Origin: Marsupella aquatica
Lineage: Eukaryota; Plantae; Marchantiophyta
Length of the DNA: 64,000 nt
Assembly: GCA_973895155.1 (NCBI GenBank)
Contig: OZ316899.1
Location: forward strand, 5,893,241 to 5,957,240
Reading direction: 5' to 3'
The position numbers and the translations under genes were made by a program. This document shows, piece after piece, positions 13,111-25,600 of the stretch; position 1 is the stretch's first letter; every line of letters begins with the position of its first letter. The notes under the pieces are model-generated. The model was not told the DNA's origin. It saw nothing but the letters and a program-made list of their open reading frames with translations, and ran no database searches.

Positions 13111-14098
13111 CCAGATGCATACTGTTCCTACTATGGGTGACCCAGCCTCTCGCCTTAATGAAGTTCTTACCTGGCACCCTGATGAAGTACATTTACCCGT
13201 CCTCTCCACTCTACATTTCACTCCTAGTGTTGGGGGGGGAGAGGTACCCTGTAATGTGACTGAAATTTCAAAATCAGAGCATAGCATGGACCAGATCACA
13301 CCAGGCAAAGAGGAAAGCACATCAGGTTCTTCTAGTACACCCACTAGCTCTACGCCATGCGTTGCAAATTTCCAGTTTGTGATGGGTAATCAGTTGAGTA
13401 AGAAGCAATGGGATTAGGTACTGAATTTGCTGTTGAGCTATGAAGATGTGTTTGCTTTCTCAATGAGAGACTTGGGCAAGTGCAAGGTGATGCAATTCGC
13501 CATTGAGCTGACCGATGAGAGACCTATTTATCGGCGGAGACACCGGTTGAGCAAGCATGAGTGGCAGCTGGTGGATGAGAAATGCAAAGAGCTTTACGAA
13601 GCAGGTATGATCCAGCCCTCCAACTTTGACTTTGCAATGGCTATAGTGATGCTAGCAAAGAAAGATTCTAGTGGGCTATGGATAGAGAAGAGGATGTGCG
13701 GGGACTACAGGCCACTCAATCTGGTCACACCTCAAGACAGGTACCCCATGCCTATTGCTGAAGAGCTCTTTGACTCCATTGGAGATTCTGATATCTTTAC
13801 CCTCGTAGACTTGAGGCAAGGCTTCAACCAGATCATTATTCGGGCTGAGGACAGTAAGAAGACAGCTTTTCATGGGAGCAATCAATTGTGGGAATGGCTG
13901 GTGATGCCATTTGGACTGAAGAATGCACCCGTCTTCTTTCAATGGGTGATGGATCAAGTACTAGAAGGTGTTGATTACCTAAAATGCTATATTGATGATG
14001 TGTTAGTTCATAGCAAGGGTTTTGAGCAACACTTATTACATCTTGAAGAGTTGTTCAGGAGGCTGAGAAATGTTAATATGAAGATCCATCCCAAGAAG

Positions 14099-14438
14099 GG
14101 GGTATTTACAAACGACAGGAAACAACAAACAATAACAAGAAACAGAAATTGGTAACAGAAAAATGAGTGGTAATTTATTTTTATTTTATTTTTGAATTTT
14201 ATTTTTGAATTTTGGGGGGGGGGGGAAAAGTTTATTTTTCAAATTTTCATTTTTTTTGCTAGCGCCCAAAGCTAGCCAAAAAATGTTGTAATTTAATTTT
14301 TTTGGAAAATATGACGTTTTAGTAAATATTTTGACATGGTTATTTTTCCTGGTAACAGTAACTTTTTGCTGGTAACATAATTGTTTTTGCTGGTACCAGT
14401 AAATCTATTTCCTGTTTACTGTCACGCGTGCCATACCC
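14099..14438. mobile_element. Non-autonomous DNA transposon (MITE-like, 340 bp) inserted in RT
   Basis: AT-rich insert flanked by CCAAGAAG (14091-14098) and CCAACAAG (14439-14446). Removing it restores KIHPKKCEFA. Confidence 0.88.
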
Positions 14439-15522
14439 CCAACAAGTGTGAGTTTGCTGTTACCTCAGTGGTTTACCTTGGGCATCGAATCATTCCAAAT
14501 GGCACTATGGCTCATTGGCCTAAAGTGGTGTCTATTCTTGAGATGCCCAAGCCTACTGATACTCACACTTTGCGAAGCTTCATTGGTCTATGTAATTACT
14601 ACAGAATTTACATTCAGGACTTTAGCATCATTGCTCACCCATTGTACATGTTGCTTAAGAAGGATGTTACCTGGAAATGGACTGAAGACACTCAGGTGGC
14701 ATTTGAAACTTTGAAGGGAAAGTTATCAAGTTACCCTATTCTCAGAAGGCCTGATTTCAGCAAAACATTCATTTTGCATACAGATTGGAGTGCTCTAGGT
14801 ATTGGTGCCATTCTAGGTCAATCTGATGGGGACGGGCGGGAGTATGTCATTGCTTATGCATCTTTGAAAAATAACAAGGCTGAGAGCAACTACTCCTCTT
14901 ATGAAGGCGAATGCTTGGCTGTTGTGTGTCCTACATTTAAGACCCTACCTGTATGGCACTAAGTTCATGCTCTTTACCGATCACCAGCCACTGAAGTGGT
15001 TGATGTCCAATGATAAGCTTACTGGCAAGCTAGCTTGTTGGGCCCTCATTTTGCAAGAATATGAGTTTGAAGTTATTCATAGACCTAGAATTACTCACTA
15101 GAATGCTGACACCATGTCTCGCATTCCTTTGATCACTTCAACAGATTTTTCAGATGCACGGCAAGATTTTGATCATGCTAGTCCTAGCTCTACACTTGGG
15201 GCCTCTGCCTATCTTGCCTTGCTTTGTTGCAGCGTTGTTGACCAACCAATTGTGGACATCTGGGAGGATTTGGACACTCTGAATTTCTTGCAGCACAGGC
15301 AGTACCCACCAGGCATGACCACTACTCAAAGGGATCGGATACAACAACAGTCTAAGCGTTACATGTGGAAGGGAGATCACCTAGTCCGCTATTTGCCACA
15401 AGGGGAGAGAGTGGTTCCACCAATTGCTGGTAGGGCTGGCTTGGTCAGAAAAGTACATTCTGAACTTGGGCAGTTTGGAATCAAGCGTACTTATAGTTTG
15501 ATGGCTCCTCACTACCATTGGA

Positions 15523-15851
15523 GGGTTTAGCGACGGAGACAGGAAACAGGTAAACAAGAATTTTTTCCCTGTTTTTAATATGCTGTTACCAGGAAAAAAT
15601 CACTGTTACCAGGAAAAATGACAATTTAAAAATGTCTCCTAAAACATGTTATTTTCAAAAAAAATTAACAATGCAACATTTTTGGCTAGCTTTGGGCGCT
15701 AGCAAAAAAAATTGTTCGACCGAAAAAAAATATTCTTTTTTTTTTCTCAAAAAAAAAATTCCACCCATTTTCCTATTACCAGTTTTTTTTCCTGTTACCA
15801 GTTTCTGTTATTAAATCCTGTTTCCTGTTTGTTGTCTTTTGTAAACACCTC
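15523..15851. mobile_element. Second MITE of the same family (329 bp), opposite orientation, inserted in the integrase zinc-binding region
   Basis: Perfect 8-bp TSD CCATTGGA (15515-15522 and 15852-15859). Removal restores HYHWKGMH. Ends and the internal GCTAGC..GCGCTAGC motif match MITE 1 in reverse. Confidence 0.9.
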
Positions 15852-16870
15852 CCATTGGAAGGGGATGCATGCTCAGATTCGGGATATCATAGCTAGGTGT
15901 GAACAATGTGACAGAGTAAGAACCTCATTCTCCTCTCGACAGCCTATACTTCATCCACTCCCTATTCAAGGATTGTTTTACCGCTGGTCTTGTGATTTAG
16001 CTGGAGAATTACCTTTGACATCCAAGGGTAACCTCTATATAATGATCATGATTGAACACTTTTCTAAGTGGATTGAATTGGTTGCCTTGCCTGATAAGAG
16101 TTCCCATCGGACTAGCCAAGCTTTTCTCCAGCAAGTGCTTAGCAGGTTTGGGGCTTGTGCAGAGTGCCTCACTGACCAGGACTTTGAATTTAGAGGAGAA
16201 TTTCAGGACCTACTTGACCATGCACTCATTGATCATCGTAGAAATTCAAGGGATCATCCTCAAGCGGATGGTACAGACCTGCAAACAAGGATTGCGGAAA
16301 ATATGCCTCACCAAGAACAAGAAAGATTGGGACTTGGCACTGCCTTACATTGCCATGGGGTACCGCATGTCCAACCATGCCTCCTTGTCCAACTTCTCTC
16401 CTTATTTTCTACTTTTTGGTTGGCATCCAGTTCCTCCATCTTCTATTGCTTCTCAAATGCTTCAGGTGGTGGACTTGGACTCAACATAAACCTGGTCTAC
16501 TATCATATCAGAGAGGGCTGCCTTGTTCCGTAGAGTCATGCCTATGGCTATGGACAACCTAGCAATTGCCCACAATTGTGATACACTCAGATATGCGCAC
16601 ACATGGGGAGGGAGCTTCAGGCCCAAGGTGAGGCAGTTTGATGTGGGTGATTTTGTTTACCTTCAGCGCCAGCCTAGTGACACATTGGATACCTCCACCA
16701 GTCCCATTATTCTTAGGGTTAAGTGCATCTATCCTTCAGGTGTGTTAGAGTTATAGGGAGCAGATGGTTGTACCCTCAAAGACCATGCTAAGAATTGTGC
16801 CCCTTGTCATTTGCCTAACTTGGACCCTACCATTGTGACTTCTACTTGGATTCCTCCGGTGGATTATCCT

Positions 16871-17005
16871 TGTAAGGTGTGTCACAGGATTGATGATGCT
16901 GACCAGATGTTGTTGTGTGACCATTGCAACCGTGGTTACCATCTCTTTTGTTTGCAACCTGAGCTTCCACAAGTTCCGGAAGGGCTATGGTTATGTCCTT
17001 CTTGT
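16871..17005 (+). other. PHD finger at the integrase C-terminus
   Basis: CKVC...MLLCDHC..GYHLFCLQPELPQVPEGLWLCPSC is a complete C4HC3, in frame with 16523-16756 across one TAG. Confidence 0.92.
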
Positions 17006-17946
17006 TCTCCTTCACCAAGCTCATCCTCAGCCCGTTGACCATTTCCATGCTCAGGTCTAGGGGTGGTACAGGGGTTTACTTTCATGCCCCAACATTTCTT
17101 CATCTTGGTGTTAATGGACAACCATGTATCATCTTTCTGGTTTTCTATTTTGTTGTGTTACTTGGATGCATATGATACATGTCTCGATATCTTATGCTAC
17201 CGACTCTATATGTCACGACACCACTCCGCAGTACTTTATGACAGTCTCAATTACAAAGAGACCAATTGGGTGCTGAAAGACACCTTTTTCATCTGGAACA
17301 CCACAGCTACCTTCAACTTCACGACTCAAAAGCGGGTAAGTCTAATAGAATTAACTCCATTCTTGTCTTATGTTGTTTTGGTGACTTGTCCTTAGAGAGA
17401 CTCATCACTGACTTTGTTCTGTACGTCCAGAGTGAATATCTCAAGCTGGACCTTTGGGGATTTAAATCGTTTGCCGAGGTATGCCCAAAGGATGACGTGA
17501 AGCCAATCAGTGTTGAGCTTGATATGAAGTTGAGGAACGGGCTAACTAACTATACAACGGGTCAGAATGAGACCATCGATGATTTTGGTGGCACCTTGTC
17601 TCCAGCTACACTCCAATGTATAATAGAATATACAATTAAGCCAAGGGGAACTGTTGTCACGTTCAATGCACACTTCGGGGCTATCTTTAAGGCGGTGAGA
17701 ACTCTGGGCGGATGGTGTTTGGGACCAAATCCTATCTGTACTTCAAATCTTATGCGTTAGACACGATGACAGAGTTTGTTGGAGTGCCTCTAACGGAGCA
17801 AGAGGAGGTAGTGGATCGTCAAAAATCCAATCTAGAAAGGCGCAAGAAGAAAAAGCTTTCATGTGAGTTTACTACCGTTTCCCTTCAATGATTTTAATAT
17901 TGTCCCATAGTATTTCAGCGGACTCTCCAGATGGCTCTCCATCTCG

Positions 17947-18322
17947 GCAAGTCCATTTCCACTGACCTCTCCGAGATGCATGTCGGCGGGCCTAGCCGAG
18001 AGGATTGCATCTGGCCCGGGCACTTTGAGATTTGCTGGAAAGTCCATCTCAACTGGCCTCTCCGAGATGCATGTCGACGGGCCTTGCCGAGAGGAATCAC
18101 ATCTGGCCCGGGCATATTCAGATTTCCAGGCAAGTCCATCTCGGCTGGCCTCTCCAAGATGCATGTTGGCGGGCCTTGCCGAGAGGAATCGCATCTGGCC
18201 CGGGCATATTCAGATTTCCAGGCAAGTCCATCTCAACGGGCCTCTCTGAGATGCAGGTTGGCGGGCCTCGCCCAGATGAATCCCGGGTGGCTTGGCCATG
18301 TCAACTTGTACTGGCAAGTCCA
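17947..18322. repeat. Tandem repeat, ~92-bp unit x4
   Basis: Units starting GCAAGTCCAT/GAAAGTCCAT at about 17947, 18038, 18130 and 18222, with a partial at 18314. Confidence 0.9.
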
Positions 18323-19003
18323 CGTAGGGACTCGCCAAACCATAAAATTGCGGGCCTTAGATGCGTTTGGAGGGACAAAAATACATCTTGGCTAGCCTCT
18401 TTGAGATCTATCTTGAAAGGTGACTCAATGGATTATCTGGGGTGTCCATATCGGCTCACTTGCCCAACAAATTTGTTCTTGTGATCCGTCTATTTTGGCG
18501 CAATACATGATTTGATTTGAGTTAAGTATAACTTAGTAGCAGTTCCCGATAGGACCACCAAGTTGGCAACCAAGGAATGGGACACACAGGACAGACAACT
18601 TGTGAAGCTCGCGTGGGAGGAAGCTTTGGCATTATTCTCTTTGGAGAAGTCAAGCCTACTGTGCTACGTTGATACGTATCATGAAGAAAGAGTTGCTCAT
18701 TGTGTGAAAGAGAGAACAAGGAAGACTCTCAAATTTGTCGATGATAGGGCAGAAGAGGCTGAATCAGATGAGAGTAGCTCGGTAGGAAGTGATAGTCTCC
18801 AAACGCACCATGCAAGCATAAGTTTGTCAAGCTCCAATTCCAAAGAGTAATTTTTGGGTGAATTTACCTTCGTTGCAGCTCAAAAGCAAACTGAGCCACA
18901 ATAACCAGTTCACGAGGCAATGACTGCCCAGCAAGGAGTCAACCAGGGGGTGCCTGCACAATGACATCAACCCGCCATACTTGCGACCATAGCCAAAGAA
19001 GCA

Positions 19004-19662
19004 TTGGACCCCAACAGGGACCAAGATGAAGTCCTAGTCAGCCTTGGCGACTTAAAATTGAAGAGAAAAGATTTCAAATGCTTAAGGGCAAAAAAATGGC
19101 TCACTTGCGACATCATCAATGCTTACATTCCTCTATTGGAGCGTAGAGTAAAGGTCATTGCAAAACCCAAATGCATGCTTTTGCCTACACATTTTTACAA
19201 TGTCTTGACGCATCATGTGTATAGCTTCAATGCAACGTTGGCATTTGTGAAGGGCATTGACGTCTTTTCATTTGACCTCATTCTAATCCCCATCCACATG
19301 CCAAAACATTAGGTACTAGCTGTGGTCGATTTTACTTTGCAGCAACTACATTTGCTCAATCCCATTGGAGGTAAAGCATCGGAATGCGATGATTTGGTGA
19401 ATGTTGGTCGGTTTCTCCATGACCTGTCCCTCTTGCGCAATTGTCCCCACTTATCACCATTACAATGGCAACGCATCGTCCGTGACGATATTCCAGCCCA
19501 ACCCCATAGTTACAATTGTGGAGTATATGTCATAATGTACATGGAGCATCTTTCTAGAGGCTCTGTATTGGCGGTTGACCCTAAACCCTAAACCCTAAAC
19601 ATTTACTGCTTATACGACAAAAGATTATTGTAGACCTAATCTGCCAGACAATCAGTTTGTAG
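19004..19662 (+). pseudogene. Ulp1/C48 SUMO-protease-like domain, probably transposon-borne
   Basis: WLTCDIINAY, THFY, DLILIPIHMPKH*VLAVVD (H-W motif with W changed to stop), PAQPHSYNCGVYV. Frameshifted near the C-terminus by telomere repeats. Confidence 0.85.
19579..19600 (+). repeat. Interstitial plant telomere repeat (CCCTAAA)3
   Basis: Read directly from the sequence. Confidence 0.9.
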
Positions 19663-20948
19663 ATAGAGGGTCGATGGATTGCCTTTGTGAATTCAATTTG
19701 TGAATATTTCACACTAGAGCAACATGCTCTATACAAAGTAAAATCAAAATTTCCTCCAAAGGTTATGTTCTGGTCCTGTACTTTCAACGCTTGACCCCGT
19801 GTTGTTTTTCAATGTCATGCCGAGCTCTCCTAGATAAATCGGCGAGGGTCTTTGAGATGAGTCTTTGAAAGGGACGTGTTGTATGGACTCTATTGTATGA
19901 TGTGTTGTATGGATCCTTTTTGAGATTTAGTAGCGACACCCCATGATATATCAAAGACCCTGTGTGAGAAGTTTTTTTTAGCTGATTTGCTAGTCAAAAC
20001 CATTTCTTTTTCCTCGAATTTCAGTTGAATCTCGGCGGGGCTCGCTGAGATTCAACTGAACTTTGAGGAAATCTCAGAGAGGCCACCAAGATGAAACTTA
20101 AGATTCCCCTTTAATGACAGAGAGGCAGTCGACATAAGAAATGATCCGAAGTAAAGTACCCGATCCAACCTCAGAGAGGCGCCAACAAAGGCACGGACTG
20201 CGATTGGGTTGTGCCCCCAAAAAATTCATCTAAGCTGATTTGCTGAGTTCCGGTGTTGGACTGATATCAATGAGTGATGAAACTCACTGAGAACTGATGA
20301 AGTACACGACCCCGTGGAATTACAGATTCAATGAGTTGGTTGAAGAGGCCGCTGCAAGCAGGAAACCAATTTTACCGCCTGTTCCTCCCCCATTCGTTCA
20401 TGGACGCTCACAAATTTTCTGTGCTACTTATGCTTGTACACAAATGCTCCTACCTATAGACAAATCTAGATCTTACCGTCTGAATTCTACCGAGGTGTGG
20501 AATTGGGTTTACCATTGCCGCAGAGTTTTTGCGCCCTTTCCACCTCCTCATCCAGATTTTCTATGGCCATTTTGTTACTTTGCATGGATAGGCCTTGATG
20601 GCATGATTATTCGCAAATAGAAGGATGATGCTTTAGAACAACCCAGGATTAAACTCAGAAAGATGATGGCTCTGAAAAGTAAGACAGCCAAGGGCAAGCA
20701 GTAGACCCAGTTACCTACTATAAGCATTAGCCCACCTTTGCTAGATGTTGGTTTTGGAGTTGGTAAAGAATTTTGAACCTCAGACGCTACCAAGAAGCAT
20801 ATTATTATTTTGTATTGGTGAGCTCCATCTATATATATGAGTTACTACATCGCGACATTCTTTTTGCACCAATTACGGAAGATAAGGACTTTTTGAAGAC
20901 AATCTCAACCAGCTTGTGGGGACACGGCGCTGCTTGAGGAGAGGGCTA

Positions 20949-21707
20949 TGTAACACAATGATTTTTTGTAAAATCACTTCAAAGCTAAAATAAGAAGCCA
21001 AGTACCACCATCAATTACTTTTTAGTATTTAAATGCTTAAGTTAACTCTACATGAAGAAAGTATGAAGGACGCTTTTGAGAGGCGTCCCAAAGGAGAGAT
21101 AAATGTGAAGGACGCTTTTGAGCGGCGTCCCAAAAGCAACTCCCGTAGATGGTTTATAACTCCAGAATTACTGATATTTCAATTTTACTTAGTATAGGTA
21201 ATTATTACAAATGTGTAAAATTATGTTTACCCATCTAGACTTACAATTAACTAGACTTTTACCTTTTAGACATGAAGAGGCATGTCTCTTCATTATCCCG
21301 ATCAGTAGGTTAGTTAGACCCTATGTTGAACACCTATATATTTTAGATTTTTACCTCTCATTAAGGAGGGTTGTTATTGCAAGTTTGCTTACTAGGCAAA
21401 CTCTGTCCCTTTGCAAGTTAGGTTTAGGCAAGAATTTGTAATGCTTGCCCTAAATCTCTTTTGTATTAAGGAGTCTCCCTTTTTCCTTGGACCTTGGTGT
21501 TGTTGCACCACCCCAAGTAAAGTGTTTTCTACTTGTTTTGAAGACCTGAGTCAACAGATTCCGTCATGTCGGTGACTTGACCTTGTCTTTAAACTTTTAG
21601 TTTGATGCTATTGTGAAAGAGAATTGCTTGAGCACGGGATGCTAAGATTTCTCTCATCATATAGACATTGATTCTATTTGTGAATGATGTTGCGGACATT
21701 AATTTCT
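20949..21707 (+). repeat. Probable LTR remnant of a further gypsy family
   Basis: TGTAAC start preceded by the purine tract GAGGAGAGGGCTA; AT-rich with an internal duplication; 3' end truncated at the junction with chromovirus pol. Confidence 0.5.
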
Positions 21708-22623
21708 CACGTTTCGTTGGGGTTGGATACCACGCATATTGTCCAGTTATGGCAATACAAGCAAAGGCGTGTGTACATCCCAGAGTCCCTAAGATTAGAG
21801 GTTCTGCAAAAGTACCACGACTCACCCTGGGGAGTGCATGGCGGACAAGCAGCTACGTATCGCAGCATGTCGCAAGATGTGTATTGGCCGGACATGAAGC
21901 AATTGGTCTTTTGCCATGTGCAAAGTTGTTACTCGTGCCAAAAGAACCAAACGGTCTATAGGACAAAAGGAGAACTTCTTGAACCCTTACCAATAGCTGC
22001 GGCTCCATGGGAGTCTATCTCCATGGACTTCATTGTTGGGTTACCTGAGTCCCATGACAATAACTCCATCTTAACAATTGTGGATTGTTTTCCAAGATGG
22101 CGTATTTCTTGCCGACTACAAAAATAGTTTTGGCCCAAGAGGTTGCTGGTCTAGTGTTTGACAATGTCTTCTGACAATGAGGATTGTTGTTGCATATTCT
22201 GCCCGACCGCAATACCAACTTCATGGTCCATTTTTGGAAGGCGTTGATCCGGCTATCCGGAAAGGACCTTACTAGGGGATCAACGTATCATCACAAGACA
22301 GATGGCCAAACGGAATGGGTGAATGGTATCGTGGAGGACTACTTGCATCACTTTGTGATGGCCAATCAAAAGGATTGGGCAAAGCACTTAACTATGGCCA
22401 AGTTTGGGTATAACTTGACCAAGCATTCGGCGATGGGGTTTGCGGATTTTGTGTTGGCCACAGGGAGGATGCCAAGGGCGCCCTCCTGGTTCATAAATCC
22501 AGAAGCTTGGCGGACGGAAAGCAAGGTTCCTTCAGTAGACAATTTTATTCGAGAGCGGCACCTAGTTGTGGAAGCGGCTACCAAGGGTATGACCCTTGCC
22601 CAAAGTCAGTACAAGGAGCAAGG

Positions 22624-25600
22624 TGTCACGCCAAAAGCTTTGTCCTTACACAAATTTGGCTTGGACGGGCATAATCTTCATTAGTTTTGAGGGTTCGGGC
22701 AAGGAGGGATGTGCAAACTGAACCTTACTCCCGTAATCTAGTGCTAAGTGCGCCTAGTCCTACTTACATAAATATCATGGGTATAGTTTGTGTTCCACCG
22801 CCGGAGCATACCTTAAGTCGATAGCTGGATTGACCCCTGGCTTAAGGACTTCTAAGCCTTTGTGTTGTCTGCCTTTGATCCGAATCCGATGATACGGGTG
22901 TCCAACCCGGGCTCGCAACCACTATCCGCAGCCGACACCCCGTGCCTAGCTCGGAGAATGCGTTTGGCCAAGCATTCTCTACCCGTATACGAGATTCATA
23001 CATGCAACTGAATTTGCAATCATTCAATCTCGGTTTACACGAAGGAAATAGTGGGAAAAGACTTTACTTCAGAATCCATCATACACATATACACGGTTGA
23101 CTCAACATCTCTTGAGTGAACAGGCCCAACGGCAGAGAGGCATACACTACAATGGAGCCCGGCTCCGCACTCGCCCAACAAGCTTAGTCGTACCCTCCCT
23201 CCTTGATGCTCTTTTACTCACAAGGGCCGGGACTCCCTGCACATCCTACGGATACCCGGTTCTAGAACTAAAATCCCCCACTGCCTCTATCGGGGGTGCA
23301 CTAAATACTAAGAGCCGGGGCCCGGAGCGGCCACATGCTCAAGTCTATGGTATCCAAGATTCTAACCTCTGCTAACTGTCAGGTTGTAAAACGGCGTGTC
23401 TTATTCTAAGATTCTAAACTACAAAGGTCGGTCGGATAGGACAGCGCTGCTAACTAGTTTTGGCGCTTGTCCTTATTGTCTCACTTCCCTAATCCTAACT
23501 CTATCCTAAACCTACTTCGTCGCTAATGTTTGGCATGCTTGCCAGACCCGCCAAGTTGGATTTGGAGCGGCCATTCCGCTGCCTCTTGAGCCGGTGGCGT
23601 CCTGCTTGAGCAACCGGACTTGGTCCAGCAGAGATTTGTTCTCTTGCTTTGCCGCGTTCGTCTCCTTCGCGGCTTCCTGGCACGCCTCTTCCAATTGTTG
23701 GGCGTCGCTCATCAGATTGTCCACCAATTGGGTGTGCTTTGTGGCTTCTTCTTGAAGCTGTGCCACCTCCGCCTTCAGGGCGTCCACCTCGGCTGCGTCT
23801 CGCTGGGCCTGGGCTTTGGCTTCTTCCACATCCTTTTTCCAGATGACGGCTTGTCCCTTCAAACTATCAATCTGGGTTTGAAGCTGTGTGATCTCAACAT
23901 CCTTCCCGGCTCCGGCCTGTTCTGCCAAGGCTTTCCGGGCCCCAGCTTCGGCCACTTGCTCCAATGTGGCCGCTAACTGAGGTTGCAGCAGTTGAAGTTT
24001 GGTTTCTCGGGCTAAGGCTTTGTTTATCAGGTGGGTAGCCTCAACCCGATACCACTCTATCTTCCGCACAAGCTCAGCCTGCGTATGCCCTGCTTGTACT
24101 GCCGCAACCAATTCTTGGTTGAAGAAGTAGGCCACCTTTTGTGCCATGAACTCCATTGTATCCCGCGCAATTTGTTGGGAGAAGTCACCCAGCAAACCAT
24201 TCAAAAACGTGCCCGGTGCAAAGAGTTTTGGGCACTCGAGGCTATGCCCACTCGGATTTGGGCAAGGATAGACCCCAGCTCGCACGGGAGTTGGAGTGGT
24301 GACATCCAGTCCCTGAACTATGAAGACGGAGGGGGATGGGTTCTCCGCAAGGGTCGGGGAATTCTCCTGGACAGCCATGGAGGGTACCGGGGTGTCCTCC
24401 GTAATCATAGTCTTGGGCCCAGCTTTGAGGGTCGCGCTGGCCTGGTTGATCGAATCCAAGGTTGCAATAACGGCATCGTCCGGTACAGAAGGAGGGGCGG
24501 CAGCGGCTGGTTGCAAAACCGGGGTAGTTGTGGGCCCCACGGCAGCCGGACTTCTAGCCTTGGGTTGGGGTCGCCTTTCTTGGGCCAGGAATACCCACCA
24601 TGATGGGGTTAGCTTGGGCTTGTTCAGCCGGGGGAGGTTTTGGCAGTCAAAACGGGCGTACCACTCGATGATTATTTTGATGTGGCTTGCAAGGTACGCC
24701 TTCCCACCAAGGTACAAGGTCTTCCTTTGTTGTTCCATCTCCTCATGGAACTTCTTGACGAAGAAAGAAGCCCACTTCCTAGGCCGGTAGTTCTTGACCT
24801 GGATTACTTGGGCGACAAATATCTTGCCCCTTGGCTCCATCATGTGGAGGGCGTACCTCTGGAACTCTAGCTGCTCCGCTATCTCCAAGATGAGGCATGT
24901 CCTCATCAAGAATCCGTTGTCCACTGCTCCTTTGGTCGGGAAGCTAGAGGACTGATACTTGGCTCCCTTGCCCCCAGGAGCCCGTGATTCTACCCGATTT
25001 ACTCCTTTGGATAGGGCGAAGATCAGCTTGAGCCGTGCCTTGCTTAGGGACATCACTCTCCCATGTGCACGGGTTTGTTGGCAGGCCTTGTCAAAGTTTA
25101 TTGACAAACTCCGTCATATCCTGCCCATAGTACCTGCAAGTATTCCAAGGGAGAGCGGCGAGGTGCTCAAACCCTTGGGTCTTTAGATAGCATGCATGCT
25201 TGGGTGGAGAATGTTCTTGTGGACATTCTCCCCCATGCAATGCATGGTCAGCTTGGCCACCGCAATTGTGGCCAAGGGCAGCCCGGATACAGCCGCGGGT
25301 TCCTTCCTCTTCCTACCTTGAGACTGGTTCCCGGGGTGACTCGTAGAGGGGGACATCTCCCCGTCCTCTCTATCAGGTGGTGGCAGTGCTACCACCATAA
25401 GTACCGGTGCTGGGGCCGCCACTTTCACCGCGTTGTCCATTGGGGCTGCCGCGTGGGTTTGTTGATGCATTGGAGCGGTACCCAACCCAGACCCATAAGG
25501 ACCTAGTAGACTGTAGTTAAGGGGAGGGGCCTCCTTGTCCTCCGAGCTGAGGTTGACTGCATTCGCCACGGACCGCACTCGGGCAGATATATTGTCAAAG

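Larger units (their letters stand above)
13427..16756 (+). pseudogene. RT - RNase H - integrase of the DNMT-carrying gypsy element
   Basis: RMCGDYRPLN, MPFGLKNAP, YIDDVLVHS; LHTDWSALGIGAILGQ; CEQC, WSCDLAG, KWIELV, TDQ. Interrupted by two MITEs, stops and frameshifts. Confidence 0.92.
11836..17220 (+). mobile_element. Ty3/gypsy retroelement carrying a C5 DNA methyltransferase and a PHD finger (decayed; 5' part cut off by the CACTA insertion)
   Basis: MTase-RT-RNaseH-INT-PHD in one orientation. The MTase segments 12242-12766 and 12767-13417 and RT from 13427 share one frame, broken only by TAG codons. Right boundary approximate; no LTR recognised. Confidence 0.88.

Noticed and set aside
17040-17230. 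3' LTR of the DNMT-gypsy element
   Set aside because: A G-rich tract is present near 17058-17066, but there is no TG...CA bounded repeat or second copy in the window to define an LTR.
17947-18322. 92-bp repeats as a CRISPR array or coding repeat
   Set aside because: Units are contiguous with no unique spacers, there are no cas genes, the context is eukaryotic, and the unit length is not a multiple of three.
20297-20620. 107-aa ORF as a separate gene
   Set aside because: Looks coding-like, but there is no recognisable motif or second copy in the window, so it cannot be assigned.
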